Below, piece after piece: positions 33,766 to 33,990 of a DNA stretch of 33,990 nucleotides. The DNA is from a virus. Taxonomy: Duplodnaviria; Caudoviricetes. A program made the position numbers and the translations under genes. The notes below the pieces were generated by a model. It searched no databases. It was not told the DNA's origin and saw nothing but the letters and a program-made list of their open reading frames with translations. Every line of letters starts with the position of its first letter. Within the stretch, counting starts at the first letter, position 1. The DNA lies in IMG/VR virus record IMGVR_UViG_3300037631_003346, positions 1-33,990 of that record; one strand, 5' to 3'.

Positions 33766-33990
33766 ATGTCAAAAATTAGTAAAGAAGAATTAGAATCATT
33801 ATTAGAATCAGAAAAGAAAGTTTCTGCTATTAAACACGACTTAGGTACACTAGATGAGCAAAAGCATAATCTATTACACGCTTTAAGTCAAGTTAGAGAA
33901 GAATCTAACAAAGTAAAGAAAGAACTAGAAGAAAAGTATGGTAAAATAAATATCAACTTGCAAGATGGTTCTTATGAAGAAATAAAAGAA
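33766..33990 (+). CDS. Coiled-coil hypothetical protein, truncated at the window end (MSKISKEELE...LEEKYGKININLQDG...)
   Basis: Manual translation; 75 open codons to the edge. Confidence 0.7.
   Translation, partial: MSKISKEELESLLESEKKVSAIKHDLGTLDEQKHNLLHALSQVREESNKVKKELEEKYGKININLQDGSYEEIKE

Noticed and set aside
1-33990. Stop-codon reassignment or tRNA genes
   Set aside because: Standard-code ORFs tile the window, TAA, TAG and TGA all serve as stops, and no tRNA cloverleaf was recognised.

Overview
AT-rich, densely coded window that looks like most of a ~35 kb tailed dsDNA phage genome, probably siphovirus-like. The host is probably a Bacteroidota/Flavobacteria species: TAnnTTTG promoter boxes are present and genes have AT-rich leaders without Shine-Dalgarno sites. 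Gene order: lysis (M15 endolysin, holin) > recombination/replication (ERF, SSB-like, RecA/AAA ATPase, RusA, sigma factor, PD-(D/E)XK nucleases, DnaA-C HTH) > terminase > ~5 kb early/accessory region > HNH > tail genes and tape measure > protease/scaffold/capsid > tail tube > portal > tail fibre. No DNA polymerase, primase, integrase, tRNA or CRISPR array was seen. The most interesting signal is in the accessory region (9.2-12.9 kb), where a three-part non-coding unit repeats. (1) Clusters of a co-oriented TTAAACGCARTRGG motif: 12 copies in 4 clusters, several folding into AAACGC-loop hairpins. (2) TTAACA boxes at an exact 11-bp period, resembling Pho boxes. (3) A host-type promoter in fixed phase with those boxes. 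Other highlights: a -1 programmed frameshift on a T10 run, a four-copy candidate late promoter (ACA-N16-ATTWWCT), CCWGG enrichment in the early region, complete GATC absence in the tail-fibre module, and a candidate sRNA. All protein calls come from motif recognition by eye and all counts are manual; no database searches were run.
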